The notes below the pieces were generated by a model. That model was not told the origin of the DNA. It saw only the letters and a program-made list of their open reading frames with translations, and made no database searches. 64,000 nt of DNA from Labilithrix sp. (lineage in GTDB: Bacteria; Myxococcota_A; Polyangia; Polyangiales; Polyangiaceae): positions 1,129-65,128 of the forward strand of contig JBGAFW010000037.1 in NCBI GenBank assembly GCA_044227045.1. The letters run 5' to 3'. The position numbers were made by a program, and so were the translations under genes. Numbering within the stretch: the first letter of the stretch is position 1; each line of letters starts with the position of its first letter. This document shows, piece by piece, positions 37,851 to 47,049 of this stretch.

Positions 37851-38945
37851 ATGTGCCCGCTCGAGATGGTCTTGGCCGAGTCGAAAACCAGCGCGGAGAA
37901 GGGAGCGAACGCGAACGCGAACGCCGAGCAAGCCCCGCTCGCGTGGGAATCGCTCAGCGACGAAGAGCTCCTGAAGACTCGTCTCTGCGATCTGCACGTG
38001 AAGATCGAAGGCAGCGAAGTCGAGCCGCGCGTTCAGAACCTCTACGCGGCGCTCGAGGCGCGCGGCATTCCGCTTCGACCTCGCTGCTACCTCGGCGACG
38101 AATGGCTCTCGCCGAACGGCGTGCCGGCGATCGCGATTCCGTTTTATCTCGCCCATCCGCGACTGAAGCAGCTCGAGCTCCGGCAGATGCTCGAGGTCGA
38201 AGGCGGCACGCCCGAGTGGTGCGACAAGCTTTTGTTTCACGAGTGTGGTCACGCCGTCGATCACGCGTATCGGTTCTCGTCCCGCCGAACGTGGCGGCAG
38301 GTCTTTGGCGATCCCCATGCCGACTACCATCCCGAGGTGTACCGGCCACGCCCGTACAGCCGAGCGTTCGTTCGTCACCTGCCCAATTGGTACGCGCAGG
38401 CCCACCCGGACGAAGACTTCGCCGAGACGTTTGCCGTGTGGCTCGCGCTTCCACAGGAAGAATGGCGAGCGAGGTATGCGGGCTGGAAGGCGCTCGAGAA
38501 GCTCGAATACATCAATCGCATCATGAAGGACGCCGTGAAGCGTCCACCGCGTGTCACCGGTGGGAGGCTCATCGCCGACGCGAGCAAAGCCAAAAAGACA
38601 TTGGCGCGTCACTACGCGGCGCGACGGAAGCTTTGGTCATCGGATTATCCGGATTTCTATGACGCCGATCTGCGCAAGATCTTCGGCGAGCTCACGACAG
38701 GTGACGAGAGCGCCGCGCGCTTTTTACGCCGTTATCGGCGCTCCATCGTCGCCGCGACCGTCAATTGGACAGGCGAGCCCAAATACACCGTCGACGGCCT
38801 CGCCAAGAAGCTCATCGCACGCGCCGCTGCGCTGAACCTCGGTACGCCGCGCGACGAGCCTGCGCTCCTCATCGACATCGGGTCGTACCTCGGGGCGCTC
38901 GTGACGAACTACCTGCATACCGGCAAGTTCAAGCGCAGCGTTTAG
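37851..38945 (+). CDS. putative zinc-dependent metallopeptidase-like protein (HExxH: HECGHAVDH)
   Basis: 364 aa. HExxH lies within FHECGHAVDHAY. No signal peptide. An alternative start at MVLAESK. Confidence 0.5.
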   Translation: MCPLEMVLAESKTSAEKGANANANAEQAPLAWESLSDEELLKTRLCDLHVKIEGSEVEPRVQNLYAALEARGIPLRPRCYLGDEWLSPNGVPAIAIPFYLAHPRLKQLELRQMLEVEGGTPEWCDKLLFHECGHAVDHAYRFSSRRTWRQVFGDPHADYHPEVYRPRPYSRAFVRHLPNWYAQAHPDEDFAETFAVWLALPQEEWRARYAGWKALEKLEYINRIMKDAVKRPPRVTGGRLIADASKAKKTLARHYAARRKLWSSDYPDFYDADLRKIFGELTTGDESAARFLRRYRRSIVAATVNWTGEPKYTVDGLAKKLIARAAALNLGTPRDEPALLIDIGSYLGALVTNYLHTGKFKRSV

Positions 38946-38956
38946 CGCATTGGCCC

Positions 38957-40348
38957 TTAGCCGCGCACCGTGCTGATGACCTCGATGAGCTCGCCGAAGC
39001 GGTCGAAGTCGATCTCGAAGCATCCGTTCTTGCGCGGCGTGCCTGGTCTTTGGACGTCTTCTCCCCACGGATTGCGGAGCCCGAGCTTCCTGACGCCACG
39101 CACCTCGCGGCATGTCATGACGGTGTAGGCGTGGTCCGGGTAGAGCCCCGTCAATCGATATTTTCGCGCAGACGTCGCCGGGTAGGTGCCGACGACGAGC
39201 GGGATCTTCTTCGCCATGATCCGTGTGAGCTCCGTCCACATGCGGTCGGGTGAGAGCTGATCCGAGTAGAAGTGACGTGGAGGCCGCCCCATCAAGATCT
39301 CGAGGATGCGATGGGAGCAACCACCTCGGCCGATCTTCTTGTAGCTACCCTTCAATCGAGCGATCGCCTTCTCGAGGACAGGCCACCAGAGCGAGGTGAT
39401 GGGTCGATGATGAGCGTTCGTGCTCGAGCCATACAAGAGCCCTCCCGATGGGCGAACGTAGAGATGGGACGTCACTGTCACGTGGCGTGCCGCATAGCGA
39501 CCCGAGCGCGCATCGATCATCTGGAACCGCACGCGATAACGGTCTTGTCCGAGGCCTACGATGGCCTTCGCCAGTACCTCGGGCCGGACATGGGCGATCG
39601 CGGCGACCGCGCTCGCGATGTAGCAGTTGGCGAGCTCGCTTTGATAAACCTCATAAGGGCTCATCGTCGAGCCGAAGAGCGGAGCCTGAAAGCGGTGAAG
39701 CGTCGGCACGAATCCAAGCTTCTGATGGAGCCCGCTCGTCGCGACATGGAGCTCGCGCGCGCCACGACGGGCACGCTGCGCGCGCTTCTTCGCCGGCGCA
39801 TGGTGGATCGTAGGCGTCAGGAGCGTCCCGACCACGGCCGCGCGTCCCGCCGCCGCGCGACCTCCAGCGGCCGCCGCCTCGACGCGCAGGCGGTCCCCAC
39901 CACGACCCGGCACACGAACGCGTCCTTGCAGCGAGCCATTCGCGTTCATGACGAGCTCGACGCGGTCGCCCGTGCGCACGTTCGTGAGCCAGAGCGTTCG
40001 ACCCGGCTCGGCGAGCGGCCGCGCCGGGTTGATGTTGAAGACGCGGATCGAGCCGTTGCCGAGATCGCGGAGGCCAATCCGAAAGGTCGCCACACATGGC
40101 GCGCGAGGCTTACCTTCGACGCTTCGTGCGCGAAACACCTCCGCAGGTCCCGGAAGCCCGCGTGGTGACCTCGCACGAAGGCGAATCAGATCGCGCGGCC
40201 GCATCGGCAGCTTGCCTTCGAAGCGTCCGTTCTCGTCCGCGGTGGCGATGACGGCGGCCTCGGTTGGTCGCACGCGTTCCTTCGGCACCACCGAGAGGTT
40301 CAACGCCTCGATCTGCGCGTAGGGCTGCGTTTTGCCTCGAATCTTCAT
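38957..40348 (-). CDS. calpain-like (peptidase C2 family) cysteine protease domain protein
   Basis: Catalytic Cys context QSELANCYIASAVAAIAHV. The real start is ATG 40348 (MKIRGK...), with GGGGG just upstream. The upstream 79 codons are discounted. Confidence 0.6.
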   Translation of the reverse strand: MKIRGKTQPYAQIEALNLSVVPKERVRPTEAAVIATADENGRFEGKLPMRPRDLIRLRARSPRGLPGPAEVFRARSVEGKPRAPCVATFRIGLRDLGNGSIRVFNINPARPLAEPGRTLWLTNVRTGDRVELVMNANGSLQGRVRVPGRGGDRLRVEAAAAGGRAAAGRAAVVGTLLTPTIHHAPAKKRAQRARRGARELHVATSGLHQKLGFVPTLHRFQAPLFGSTMSPYEVYQSELANCYIASAVAAIAHVRPEVLAKAIVGLGQDRYRVRFQMIDARSGRYAARHVTVTSHLYVRPSGGLLYGSSTNAHHRPITSLWWPVLEKAIARLKGSYKKIGRGGCSHRILEILMGRPPRHFYSDQLSPDRMWTELTRIMAKKIPLVVGTYPATSARKYRLTGLYPDHAYTVMTCREVRGVRKLGLRNPWGEDVQRPGTPRKNGCFEIDFDRFGELIEVISTVRG

Positions 40349-40482
40349 CCCCCGCTGCGTGCCGACGACCGTGACGCGGGGTCGCGATCGTGCGCTCTTC
40401 GCGCGACGCGTCGTTTCCGATCGGGAGGCAGGCGAACGTTTGCCAGGCACGCGGAAGGATCTCGCTCTACGCTGAAGCGGAG

Positions 40483-40935
40483 ATGTACCGCGTATCAGCT
40501 GGAGGACAGTATAGCTGTCCGCGCTGCCTTCGTTCGTTAACCACGTACCAGGCAGGCGCGTTCGTGGTGGATGCTTGCCATGCATGCGGCGGCCTCTTCA
40601 TCGACAACGCTGCGACGCAGGAGCTCGTTCGCTCCTTCGATCGCGATCTCGTGGGCATCGCGACGACGCTTGGGATCGGAAAAGGTGAGGCGATCGGCGA
40701 AGGCGTGATGAAGCGTGATCTGCCGTGCCCGAAATGCAGCGGCATCATGCGTCCCATTCACTTGCCGAGCGCGCACGCCGAGATCGACGTGTGCGCCGAG
40801 CACGGCACGTGGTTCGACGCCAACGAGCTACCAAAGGTGGCCCGAGCGTACCGGCGTGGTCGTGAGGGCGCCCCGACCAACATGAGCGACGACCAGCTCG
40901 CCGAGATCCTCGACAGCAAATACCGGAGCGTCTGA
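40483..40935 (+). CDS. zinc-ribbon (TFIIB-type zf) domain protein, two CxxC...CxxC units
   Basis: YSCPRC...DACHACGGLFID and LPCPKCSG...DVCAEHGTWFD. ATG 40483 has GGAG upstream. Confidence 0.6.
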   Translation: MYRVSAGGQYSCPRCLRSLTTYQAGAFVVDACHACGGLFIDNAATQELVRSFDRDLVGIATTLGIGKGEAIGEGVMKRDLPCPKCSGIMRPIHLPSAHAEIDVCAEHGTWFDANELPKVARAYRRGREGAPTNMSDDQLAEILDSKYRSV

Positions 40936-40942
40936 GGCGCGG

Positions 40943-41419
40943 CTACGGATCGGAGCTTGGGGAAGACCCCTCCGGGTCGCGTGGAAGCTTCGTCAGCACG
41001 CACCCGAGCTCCGGATGGCCCTCGTCGAATTTCGCCGTCGCCGACCCTCCGATCTGGAGGTCACCGAGCCCAAGCGAAGCCGTGAGCTGGTTGACGGTGT
41101 CATGACCTTTGTAGGCCGACGACACAGTGTGCGCGCGGTCGTCGACGCTGATGTTGACGATCGAGTGTGCGATCGATGGGAGGTTGTCGCGGGCCTTGCA
41201 CTCCTCGAGCGTCAGGCCGTCGACGAACTGACACGAGCAAAGCTCTTTGGCGAAGATCGTGTTGAAGACGCCCTCTTCGACCGCAAACTTGGTGACCTGC
41301 AAATCAACGCCGCCGACGGCGTGTGCGTCGAGCGGACGACTGGTCAAGGTCGCCATCATCGCGATCGCGCTCAGCGCCAAGCCCAGGACCGACTTCGTGC
41401 GGCTCGACTTCGTGCTCAT
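40943..41419 (-). CDS. small secreted protein, unknown function
   Basis: Signal peptide MSTKSSRTKSVLGLALSAIAMMATLTSRPLDAHA. Overlaps the upstream gene with ATGA. Confidence 0.5.
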   Translation of the reverse strand: MSTKSSRTKSVLGLALSAIAMMATLTSRPLDAHAVGGVDLQVTKFAVEEGVFNTIFAKELCSCQFVDGLTLEECKARDNLPSIAHSIVNISVDDRAHTVSSAYKGHDTVNQLTASLGLGDLQIGGSATAKFDEGHPELGCVLTKLPRDPEGSSPSSDP

Positions 41420-42891
41420 CGGACACCTCCCTCGGCGGCCGCGCCAAGGAAGCATCGGCGCGCTCCGCTCATCATCTTGTCGAGCTTCGAGAAGTATTCG
41501 TTGTCGTGCGACATCCGTACGATCATCAGGTCGTCTTTCGGAAAGATGATGATGTTTTGCCCGTAATGACCGGCGGCAAAGAACACGTCGACGGGCGTGC
41601 TCGGGAAGAACTTCGAGCCAGGAAGGAGCCCGTTCGTCGCGTTCTTCGGGAACGTCTCGCCAAAGGCCCGCACGCCCTCACGCTCCAGCACGCGAGGGCT
41701 TGGGTTGATCCAAAAGCCAAGGCTGTAAAAGGAGCCTTCCTCCTCGATCGCCTCATCGCTCGTCCCCGGGGCGCGCATCCCCGCGCCGACCACGCGGGCC
41801 TTCTCGATGAACGAAGGAGCGATCACTTGCGACCCTGCGTAATAACCTCCATTCAAATAGGCATATCCAAAGCGGGCCATGTCACGCAGTGTCATATGGG
41901 CATACGAAGACCCGACGAATACGCCCTTTTGATCGCGCTCGAGGACCGTGGACTTCATGCCAAGCCGATCGAACAGCACGCCAAAAGGCAGTTTGTCGTA
42001 GTCGGACCCATAAAGGTCTTTGAGCGCACGAAACAACGCGACGGCAGTTCCGCTCGAATAGCGAAAGGCCGACGGACCTGCGACGGAGGAAGGGCCTTGT
42101 GGCTTGGACAGCGCGGTAGCGACGAACTGACCCATATCGCGCGCGCCATCCGTCCAAAGCATCTTGACGACGCTCGATGTCGCGATGTTTCCGTCATATC
42201 CCTCGTTCCACGCTGGGTCGGGGATGTTCATCGAGAGGAGGTCTTCGACCGTCAGCTTTGCGAGACGCGCATCGGTCGCCGGCGCGATCTCGGCAAGCGG
42301 CGTCGCAAGGCCGATCGCCTTTCCGTCGCGCGTGAGCTTGCCGAACGGCGCCGAGGTGTCGCCCGCCGCGGCGCGCTCGCTCGAATAGGCGATGGCTCCC
42401 ATCACGCCGGTCGTGAAGCTCTTCGTCGCCGACCACATGCAGTGTCGCTTCTCGGGATGTCCCGCGTAAGGACCGACATAGTGCTCGTAGATGATCGTGC
42501 CGCCCTTCACGACGATCACGCCATCCGTGCGAAGCGCCTGGTCGACATCCTTCAGCTTGCCGGCGGACGTCCCAAGACGCTCGGCGGTTCGCTGATCCGC
42601 ATCGGACGCCGGGAACATGAAGCTCGCGAAGTCCGAGCACGCGTTGCTCGACATCAAGCGCGCCTGCGCATCTTCATCCAACGCTTGCCAGTCGTGAGCT
42701 CCGTCAGGCCAGTACGAGCGCGCCTTGGCTCGCTCGATCATTTGATCGACGGGGAACAGCGGCGCAGCATCGGCCTCGCTCGTCAGATCACTCGTGCCGA
42801 CGTCGCCATCTCGAGGCGCCTCGCGATGACAGGCATACGAAGCCATGAGCGCCAAAGCGGCCCCAAAGAGAGAGAAACGACGGTAGATCAT
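41416..42891 (-). CDS. serine hydrolase, beta-lactamase-like family lipoprotein
   Basis: SxxK motif (MWSATKSFT). Signal peptide plus lipobox (LMASYAC). 491 aa. Confidence 0.7.
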   Translation of the reverse strand: MIYRRFSLFGAALALMASYACHREAPRDGDVGTSDLTSEADAAPLFPVDQMIERAKARSYWPDGAHDWQALDEDAQARLMSSNACSDFASFMFPASDADQRTAERLGTSAGKLKDVDQALRTDGVIVVKGGTIIYEHYVGPYAGHPEKRHCMWSATKSFTTGVMGAIAYSSERAAAGDTSAPFGKLTRDGKAIGLATPLAEIAPATDARLAKLTVEDLLSMNIPDPAWNEGYDGNIATSSVVKMLWTDGARDMGQFVATALSKPQGPSSVAGPSAFRYSSGTAVALFRALKDLYGSDYDKLPFGVLFDRLGMKSTVLERDQKGVFVGSSYAHMTLRDMARFGYAYLNGGYYAGSQVIAPSFIEKARVVGAGMRAPGTSDEAIEEEGSFYSLGFWINPSPRVLEREGVRAFGETFPKNATNGLLPGSKFFPSTPVDVFFAAGHYGQNIIIFPKDDLMIVRMSHDNEYFSKLDKMMSGARRCFLGAAAEGGVR

Positions 42892-43073
42892 GGTGTGTAG
42901 TGGTCTTGCCTACATGCACCGCATATGCCGCGCGGCTCGCCAGCGGTTCGCGGCATTTCTTCCGATCGCTTTGGCCGTGAACGACGCGATCACGGCGTGA
43001 TCGATCCAGCGGCGACCGCGAGGACATGCACCAACTATCCATCGCAAAGAAGCACCGCGAGAAAAGTGCAGTG

Positions 43074-43532
43074 TCAGGGCTCGTCGCGTTTCGAGAAGGA
43101 GAGCGGCACCTGGATTCGAATCGTCCGGGCGGCGCCGTCGTGAAATGCGATCGTCTTCACGACGCGGGCGAGGCAGCGAACGACGTCGTCCGGCAATCCT
43201 TCACGCCGACCTTCGAGCACGTGCGCGGCGCGGCCGTTTTGGCCGACGTCGATCACGAGGACGACCTTGCCTTCGAGGTCCGGCGTCTTCACAAGCGCGT
43301 CTTCGTAACATGCGCGGAGCCGCGGTCGATTCGCGATCAGGACGTTACGCGTCGTCTGCTCGAGCTCGGCCTCGGCGTCGATCCTCGACGCAGGCGATGA
43401 AGGCGACGAGGACGATGTTGGAGATGGCGGTGCCGGATCGCTACGCGTCCCATGGCCACACGCCGCGCCGATGGGCACGAGCGAGGCGAGCACGATGCAG
43501 ACGCCAATCCGCGATAGGACCAACGTCTGCAT
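43074..43532 (-). CDS. lipoprotein with TonB-C/AgmX-like C-terminal domain
   Basis: Lipobox IGAAC. Poly-Ser/Pro linker. C-terminal NVLIANRPRLRACYEDAL...GKVVLVIDV. Confidence 0.5.
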   Translation of the reverse strand: MQTLVLSRIGVCIVLASLVPIGAACGHGTRSDPAPPSPTSSSSPSSPASRIDAEAELEQTTRNVLIANRPRLRACYEDALVKTPDLEGKVVLVIDVGQNGRAAHVLEGRREGLPDDVVRCLARVVKTIAFHDGAARTIRIQVPLSFSKRDEP

Positions 43533-43587
43533 CGTAGCCGCTCGGCTTCTCTCACGTCACCACGTCATCGTCGTGGCGCCGTCATCG

Positions 43588-44661
43588 TCACTGGCGATCG
43601 AGCTCGAGGCGAGATCCGAACACCTGATGGAGTGTCGCGGCCGTCGCCGACGAGACCGGATCGCTAACCACGATGCGCAGGCGCTCGAGCTTTGGAAGCT
43701 TGGCGAGCGTGAGCGCATCGAGCGACCGATCGTCGATGTTTCCGATGAGCGTCATCTCGACGAGCTCATGGGCGCCAAACGGGTCGAGGGCCATCTGGCG
43801 TCCAATCGCCGTGAAGCGCTGGAGCCGAGGGAGCGACTCGAGGACCGATGTGACATCGCCGAGCGCGACGTCCGAGCCCCACGTTCCCTGAAGCGTGAGA
43901 GACTCGACGGCAGGAGGAGACAGGGCGACGAGCATCGCGACGATGTCGAGGACGGTCGTGTTTGGCGAGAGGAGCATGTCGACGCCGATCGTGAGGTCGC
44001 GAACGAGCTCGCCGCTCGGGTGGGTGAGCAGCGAGACGAGCACGGCGCCGAGGTCGAAGCCGCGAAGGCTCTCGTCCTGATCACGTTCGACGACGAGCGT
44101 GTCGACGAACCCACGACGCCATTGAACGCACGCCTGGTTGGGGCGATCCGCGAAGGGGCCGAGGAACGTCCCGCGATGGCGCAGGATCAGCTGCTCCGCC
44201 TTCAGCGCGGCGTTGATGTCGTTTGCGTTCTCCGCTTTGGTCTGCGCGACGATCAGCTCACCGCGCTCGTCACGACGCTCCGTGAGGATGTCGGCGTAGA
44301 CGAGGCGTGCGTCATCACCATCGCTTGCGAGACAAGCATCCTTCCACGACTGGAGAGGGTCGGGCGGTGGAAGCTTGATGTCTTCACCGTCGAGGAGCTT
44401 GTAGCCCGCGAGCGCGAGGGTGCGCGCGATGCGCAGCGCAGCGATCTCGGCCTTTACGGACGATGCGAACGTCCGCGCCCAGCGGATCTTCTTGTTGTGG
44501 CGCACGAGACGGAACGCGATCGTGTCACCACGACGGGTGACGGTGATCGTCGAGATGCGCTCGGCGGTGGTGTATTCGTCACCATCACGCCAATACGTGT
44601 AGCCAGGAATCGTCGTCTCGTAGCGCATGGCAGCACCAAACGCCGAGAGCGTGATCATCAC
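43588..44661 (-). CDS. WGR-like + TIGR02996 + LRR protein (paralog)
   Basis: ARLVYADILTERRDERGELIVAQ. N-terminal YTYWRDGDEYTTAERISTITVTRRGDTIAF (WGR-like). C-terminal LRR-like repeats. Confidence 0.7.
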   Translation of the reverse strand: MMITLSAFGAAMRYETTIPGYTYWRDGDEYTTAERISTITVTRRGDTIAFRLVRHNKKIRWARTFASSVKAEIAALRIARTLALAGYKLLDGEDIKLPPPDPLQSWKDACLASDGDDARLVYADILTERRDERGELIVAQTKAENANDINAALKAEQLILRHRGTFLGPFADRPNQACVQWRRGFVDTLVVERDQDESLRGFDLGAVLVSLLTHPSGELVRDLTIGVDMLLSPNTTVLDIVAMLVALSPPAVESLTLQGTWGSDVALGDVTSVLESLPRLQRFTAIGRQMALDPFGAHELVEMTLIGNIDDRSLDALTLAKLPKLERLRIVVSDPVSSATAATLHQVFGSRLELDRQ

Positions 44662-44780
44662 GCGCGCGATGCGCTACGGGATCTTGGTGTTGGCGCCGAA
44701 CAAAACGGACCGACGCGCGGCTGCTGCGGAGGACTCCACCGCGCCCGGGACAGCCGGTGGGGCAGGCTGGGCGGAGACGC

Positions 44781-45032
44781 TTAGCGTTTGGCCAGCGGAC
44801 CGGACGACGGGATCTCCGCGTGGTTCGGCTGGAGGAGATGGCGGGCGCGGGGCTTCTTCTTCTCTTTGACCTCGGGGTCCGCGCCGATGGCGAGGTCGCC
44901 CTGTCCGGGGGGCTGGTAGGCCGGGTCGTTGGCGATGTCCGTCGCGTCCTTCGCGGGGCCTGCGCCACAACCCACCATCGTCGTCATTCCGATGACCATC
45001 AACGACGAAACCAGCAAAGCGGCAACCTTCAT
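44781..45032 (-). CDS. small lipoprotein (83 aa)
   Basis: Lipobox MVGCGAG. Strong AAGGAG lies 7 nt upstream of the ATG on the minus strand. Confidence 0.55.
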   Translation of the reverse strand: MKVAALLVSSLMVIGMTTMVGCGAGPAKDATDIANDPAYQPPGQGDLAIGADPEVKEKKKPRARHLLQPNHAEIPSSGPLAKR

Positions 45033-45327
45033 AGGGCTCCTTAAGTGTGCGACCAGCAGACGCTCGCGACCCTCTCGTGTCCGTCTCGAGCCAAGCGTTT
45101 ACAAAGGAAGTGCCACGTTAGCGCGCCCCCATTTCTCCGGCAAAACAAGCGGCAATGGGGGTCGGGTCGGGCCGGCGAGCGCGATCACTGGGGTCGCTTG
45201 ATCCGGTCATGCGCAGGGCCGCGTCGCGAACGGCCAATCGTTGGATCTCCCTCGACCTGTGTCCGCATGTGCGACACGAATGGGTCACCCGTGATAGCCT
45301 CGTCGGAAGACTCCAGTAGACGACGCG

Positions 45328-46020
45328 ATGCATTTCCAAGTCCTTCTCGGTCGCGACCGCGGACGCGTGTACACCATCGAAGGCGGCTCTTACGTCGCGG
45401 GCAGAGGCTCGGACTGCGACCTTGTCCTTGGCAGCGATCTCGTGAGCCGGCGCCACGCGAGCATCACCGTGAACGGCACGGATGTAAAAGTCGTCGATGG
45501 CGGTAGCTCGAACGGGACGTTCATCAACGGCTCGCGTGTCCTCGGTGAGGGGACGGTCAGGCCCGGCGACATCTTGCTCCTCGGAAGCGTCGGGCTTCGC
45601 CTCCATGCGCACGACGCTCCGCCGATCGCGCCGATGGCGTTCTTCGATGCGATGCAGCGGCCCGACTACGACCCGAAGACGCAGCCGCCGCTCGCGGGCA
45701 GCCTCACCGAGGTCCCGCCGTCCACGGTGATCCGTTGGCTTGGTGTCGGCAAGAAAGATGGCGTGCTCATGCTCACGTCGCCGCCGCTCCAAGCAATGAT
45801 CTCGTTTTCACGTGGTCACATCAGCGAAGTGCTCGTCGACACGCGCAAGACGCGCGATCCGATCCAGGCGCTCACGGCGATCCTTCGGTGGAAAGGCGTC
45901 TTCGAGCTCGGCCCTCCGGATCCGGTCGGTGGTTCGTCCTTGCTCCTTGGCCTCGACGCCGTTCTTCCGGCCGTCGGCAGCCAAGCTCGCCCTTCGATGT
46001 TGCCGAAGCCTCCGCGATAA
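45328..46020 (+). CDS. FHA-domain protein with C-terminal DUF4388-like domain
   Basis: GRGSDCDLVLGSDLVSRRHASITVNGTDVKVVDGGSSNGTFINGSRV. Confidence 0.75.
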   Translation: MHFQVLLGRDRGRVYTIEGGSYVAGRGSDCDLVLGSDLVSRRHASITVNGTDVKVVDGGSSNGTFINGSRVLGEGTVRPGDILLLGSVGLRLHAHDAPPIAPMAFFDAMQRPDYDPKTQPPLAGSLTEVPPSTVIRWLGVGKKDGVLMLTSPPLQAMISFSRGHISEVLVDTRKTRDPIQALTAILRWKGVFELGPPDPVGGSSLLLGLDAVLPAVGSQARPSMLPKPPR

Positions 46021-46094
46021 TCGGTTTCGCGGAGACAAAGTGTGCACGGGCTGTCAGTAGCGTCGCGCCGCGTCGTCTGATGGGATGATCCTCG

Positions 46095-46997
46095 ATGTTG
46101 CGTGTCACCGTTTATGACTCACTCCAGCCGCGGGTGTTCACGTTCACGCAAGACGTCGTGAACATCGGGCGAAGCCTCGACAACGACATCGTCCTTCGGA
46201 CGGATATGGTCTCTCGCCGCCACGCGCGTCTGATCGTCGATCGGGCGGCCGGGCAAGTGACCCTTCAGGACAGGCAATCGACGAGCGGCACGTTCGTGGG
46301 TGGGAAAAATCTTTGGACGCGAGGCGAGGGGAAGGTCGTCGGTCCGGCGGACGACATTCGGATCGGAAACGTAAAGGTCAACGTACTCCTCGAGGTGCTC
46401 GAGCCCGAGATCGTCGCCGAGCGTGAGCGAGAATGGCTCGAGGCATTGCGAAGGAACGGATCGGACGACGACACGCGCGCGGTCTACGCCGATTGGCTCG
46501 AGGAACACGGCAGCCGCGAGCGCGCGGAGTTTCTTCGCGAGCAGATGGCGATCCGCAAGATCACGTCGGCAGAGGACCCAGCCTTTCGCGCTTCGAGTGA
46601 GCGGCTGCGTGCGCTTGCCGAGAAAGTGGGCGTCGGTTGGCGAGCGCGGGTCGCGATGCTCTTCATCGAACCGAGCACCTGCGGTCTTCCGCGTGGTCTC
46701 CCCATCGCGATGGAGATGACCTGCCCGAAGCGGTGGGAGGAGATGACTCCGACGGCGATCGAGGGCGTGCGTACCTGCAACGCGTGCAAGATGGACGTCG
46801 TGTATTGCACGACAATCGAACAAGCGCGCCAGCACGCGGCCGACGGAGGATGCATCGCGATCGACGTCGGGGTGGCGCGGAGCAAGGACGACCTCTCGGA
46901 GAGCGCGGGCCGCTATTCCGTTCGTGGTAGACCGGCCCCGAACTTCGCGACGCGTGGCAGCCCGTTACGCAAACCCGCTGAAAATCAGGGCGAATAG
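46095..46997 (+). CDS. FHA domain + TIGR02996 companion domain + Cys-rich (zinc-ribbon-like) C-terminal region
   Basis: FHA segment NIGRSLDNDIVLRTDMVSRRHARLIV...STSGTFVGGKNL. Then RAVYADWLEEHGSRERAEFLREQ. Then TCPKRW...CNACKMDVVYC. Confidence 0.75.
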   Translation: MLRVTVYDSLQPRVFTFTQDVVNIGRSLDNDIVLRTDMVSRRHARLIVDRAAGQVTLQDRQSTSGTFVGGKNLWTRGEGKVVGPADDIRIGNVKVNVLLEVLEPEIVAEREREWLEALRRNGSDDDTRAVYADWLEEHGSRERAEFLREQMAIRKITSAEDPAFRASSERLRALAEKVGVGWRARVAMLFIEPSTCGLPRGLPIAMEMTCPKRWEEMTPTAIEGVRTCNACKMDVVYCTTIEQARQHAADGGCIAIDVGVARSKDDLSESAGRYSVRGRPAPNFATRGSPLRKPAENQGE

Positions 46998-47049
46998 CGC
47001 GCTCAGCAGGACGAAACATTTTCCGTTCGAACAGGGCTGACGAACGCGA

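Noticed and set aside
45033-45327. Possible sigma-54 (-24/-12) promoter upstream of the FHA gene
   Set aside because: Only loose GG...GC spacing matches (e.g. around GTGCCACGTTAGCGCG). There is no convincing TGGCAC-N5-TTGC.
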